Below are positions 61,014 through 64,000 of a stretch of 64,000 nucleotides of DNA, one piece after another. The notes under the pieces were generated by a model. It was not told where the DNA came from. It made no database searches and saw nothing but the letters and a program-made list of their open reading frames with translations. The stretch spans positions 1 through 64,000 of the forward strand of contig JAUCBJ010006642.1 of assembly GCA_032718475.1 (NCBI GenBank). Reading direction: 5' to 3'. Position 1 is the first letter of the stretch; every line of letters begins with the position of its first letter. Source of the stretch: Nemertoderma westbladi (Eukaryota > Animalia > Xenacoelomorpha). The position numbers and the translations under genes were made by a program.

Positions 61014-61959
61014 CAACTGCAAATGCGGATATTAAAGTCTTTATTATCACCACTTTTGAGTACAATAAAGGGGATATTTTAAAGAAATAAATGAAACTTC
61101 AAATTTCCATATTAATGTAGCTCAAAGGTTATTGAGTTGGAATTTGTATGCCTTGCGGCCGCAGATCTCGGGTTCGAATCTCAACCAGTTAAAGTGATAT
61201 TATTTGCAAAAATATTTAATGTATTAAGACAATAATGGGGTATTATAGCAGTGATATTCTCCGGACACAAAATGTACATTCTAGCACACACACACGCCAC
61301 CCCAGACAAGCAGTAATAATAATTACTTTATAGGCTACTCCAATATATAAAAAATTGTAGCTACCTGAAAATGCAGAAGTTGGTCTTTATATTAATTATT
61401 CCTTCAATTAATTAGTTTGCAAAATGAGAATCTCGCCATCATTCAATATAATATGTTATGCTCAATTAAATCATGATCAGTTTAAAGTATCTACAAAAGA
61501 TTTTATTATTTATGGACAACAACCCTAATTTATCGATGATTTAAAGTGAATATAATACACAAAAAAACAGAAGCATTAATTTATAGCCAAGAAAATAGAA
61601 TACATTCACTTGAAGAGTGAGCAAAAAGTTCAACAAATTGAGGCAAGGCTGAATTTTTTTCAGATTGGATAACAAAAACCCTTAGGAATAACAACTATGG
61701 GGCTTTTTATTTAACATTTTTTTCCTTAATCAATCAAAGAGAATGATAATATATCCTCACAACAATTACTGATTCTGGGAATCTACAGATAAACTACTTT
61801 ACTTTATAGTTATTTTAGATTTTTTATTTGAGTTACTATATTTAAACCGACATTTTTTGAAAGGAGTACATTTTTTGCGGTTGTTTCTTATTTGGACACA
61901 TTATTTTGGACCGCCATACAAATACTGTATGGTATTTTATTTCGTGGATTTGTTTAGTT

Positions 61960-62172
61960 TCGAACGACTTTACAAAACTCAGGAAAACAAAAGTTTGATT
62001 ATTGTTATTATTGTTGTATTATGTTGTTGTATTATTATTGATTATTGTAACAAATTTTTTGTTGCCCCGATTTTTGCCTCGTGGGAAACAAACTTGATTG
62101 GATGTTTGTTGTTATAGAAAGCACTCTAGCCTATAAGATTTGTTTTCCCTGAGTTTTGTAAAGCCGTTCGTA
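61960..62172. repeat. Small MITE-like inverted repeat
   Basis: cgaacgactttacaaaactcaggaaaacaaa ... tttgttttccctgagttttgtaaagccgttcg. Confidence 0.7.
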
Positions 62173-64000
62173 CGAGTTTGCCAAAGTCGTGGAAACAAAA
62201 TAAAAGATTACAAAACTGGCCGCGTAGAACCACCATAATATACCTAGATAATATTGTTAATTAAAAAAATAAAATATAAAAATAAATTTATATATTAAAA
62301 AATTGCAGCCGGACATTTAATGTTGCAGTTTTGTTTGCCGATGGTCGCCATGGAAACAAGAAGTTGTCTTTGCATGATGACAATATAAACCATCAATATG
62401 TAACAGTACCATAAATTTACTATTAGATTTTGTAATTGCGACGTCATAATGAGAGTTTCTAGTGGCCCTTCATTCAAATAGGTTATACATGAATATATGA
62501 ATGAGTTTCAATTTGACGTCATATCTTTGTTTGGATCGGGTATCTCTCTTGTGGATATTTCGACAATCTTTCTCTCGGGGTTGATGTTTTCATCACTCGA
62601 GGTGGTGTTTGATAGGAAACGAGAAAGAGCCACGCCCACTGTTTCAGAACCACGGCGGACCAATGTTGTGGTGTTTATTAGTTGTTGTTGAGCCGTCCAT
62701 CGGAAACACACTTCAAAATCTGCAACCTCATAATCTGAGGGATATGCATTGCGGGCGTATGAAATAAAAAGTAGCATAATATTGCATTTTTGATACACCT
62801 CTACTGGTCGGGTAAAAGTTGATACTGGACGATGTGCGAAGGACTAATACTATTTTATTTAGTAGAACTGAGACATTATAGCAAGTGGCTAGAAGTTAAA
62901 GTGTAAACAATAATTACGGCTAGATTCCGTGGTCTGGCCACAGGTTGATCGACAGCAGGTTCCCTGAGCGAAACCGGAAGTCTAGTGGGAAGGGAGGTAG
63001 ATATTCTACTGGGTAATCACCTGAGAATCGGATAACGGTCTTTCGATTTTCTCACCCTCATGACGAAAGTTATCCCATCAGTGACGTTTACTGGAGGAGT
63101 TCCCTTACAATTAACGCAATTCCGATCTCGGCGAATGCATGTCTAGCCGCAATATTATATTATCAATTAAGGAAAGGAGCAGGTTACATTGGCACTTTAT
63201 TGTAACTGAAACAATAAACAATAGTTACAACTGTATCATCAATAGTACAGGAACAGTTTTATTCTTGCGAGTAATCAGCTGATATTTGCTTAGATTTTCC
63301 CGTGGAGAGGTATGAACTTTGCTTTCAATCAATGGGGCTCAAACATTCTCACTAATTGTGCCTGACCTATATAAATCTATCCCCAAACATTCTAAAAGTA
63401 ATCCTTACAAAATCTTGTGGCTGGCGGGACTTAATAGATATATTATACTAAGTATATTAGATGCAAATCGAGAGTCAATTTTGTCTTTGTAAAAATGGCA
63501 GCGGGCTTCCAGCTTCCTGAGCAATATGAATTTATGTGTGGTAGGCCCGTCATAACATGCATTTCAAATTTAAAGACCGCCTCCTGAAATGTAACTTTGT
63601 ATTCTAGAACATTGGTAAACTAAAAGTCATCTTAAGGTGTTATCACATAATTTTTGTGCACGTATGCTTTTAAATTTTCAGCTTAACAAAAATTTATACT
63701 TTATAATTAATACTATGATTGATTAGTTCCTTAGATTTGCAAAAGATATGATATGACGAAAAATAGATGTTATTCCTTAGGCTTTATGCTATGGTTTCTG
63801 AAAATATAGCCAAATTGACCAAATGAGTCCCAAAGTGTAATATTTACTATCATGGAATGAATTCTAATTTGTAAAACAAGTCCACTGCCATTGCATACAA
63901 TCTACACTGTCTTTTAGAAAGGCGTTTCACAACTTTGATACGTTTTGTAATGAAAATGAATAATCGCACACTTATTACCTATTGGTTAATAAACATTGTG

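Noticed and set aside
61115-61200. tRNA gene (also a similar motif at 54745-54805)
   Set aside because: A- and B-box-like motifs are present but I cannot form a cloverleaf; probably decayed SINE heads.
62508-62798. 96-aa minus-strand ORF
   Set aside because: No recognisable motif or supporting splice structure.

Overview
AT-rich, transposon-dense animal (invertebrate-like) genomic DNA, not prokaryotic. The main object is an ~8 kb Helitron-like rolling-circle element on the minus strand (463-8581). Its reading frame is split into three overlapping ORFs: zinc finger plus a 17-aa repeat array; HUH Rep; and PIF1-type helicase. The helicase is fused at its C-terminus to a RuvC-fold nuclease of the poxvirus A22/Ydc2-Cce1 resolvase type, which appears to be followed by a second, catalytically degenerate copy. 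The window also holds an intact 1348-aa CRE-like non-LTR retrotransposon ORF carrying an N-terminal Ulp1/SENP-like protease and a PHD finger (46565-50611). The only host gene I can recognise is the first coding exon of a rhodopsin-class neuropeptide GPCR (26202-26631). The rest is degraded LINEs, CRE fragments, a Penelope fragment with hammerhead-ribozyme motifs, tRNA-derived SINEs, MITEs, non-autonomous Helentron-like elements and tandem repeats. One of these repeats is an 8-copy array of Helitron-like 3' ends. All calls come from motif reading by eye; no searches were run.
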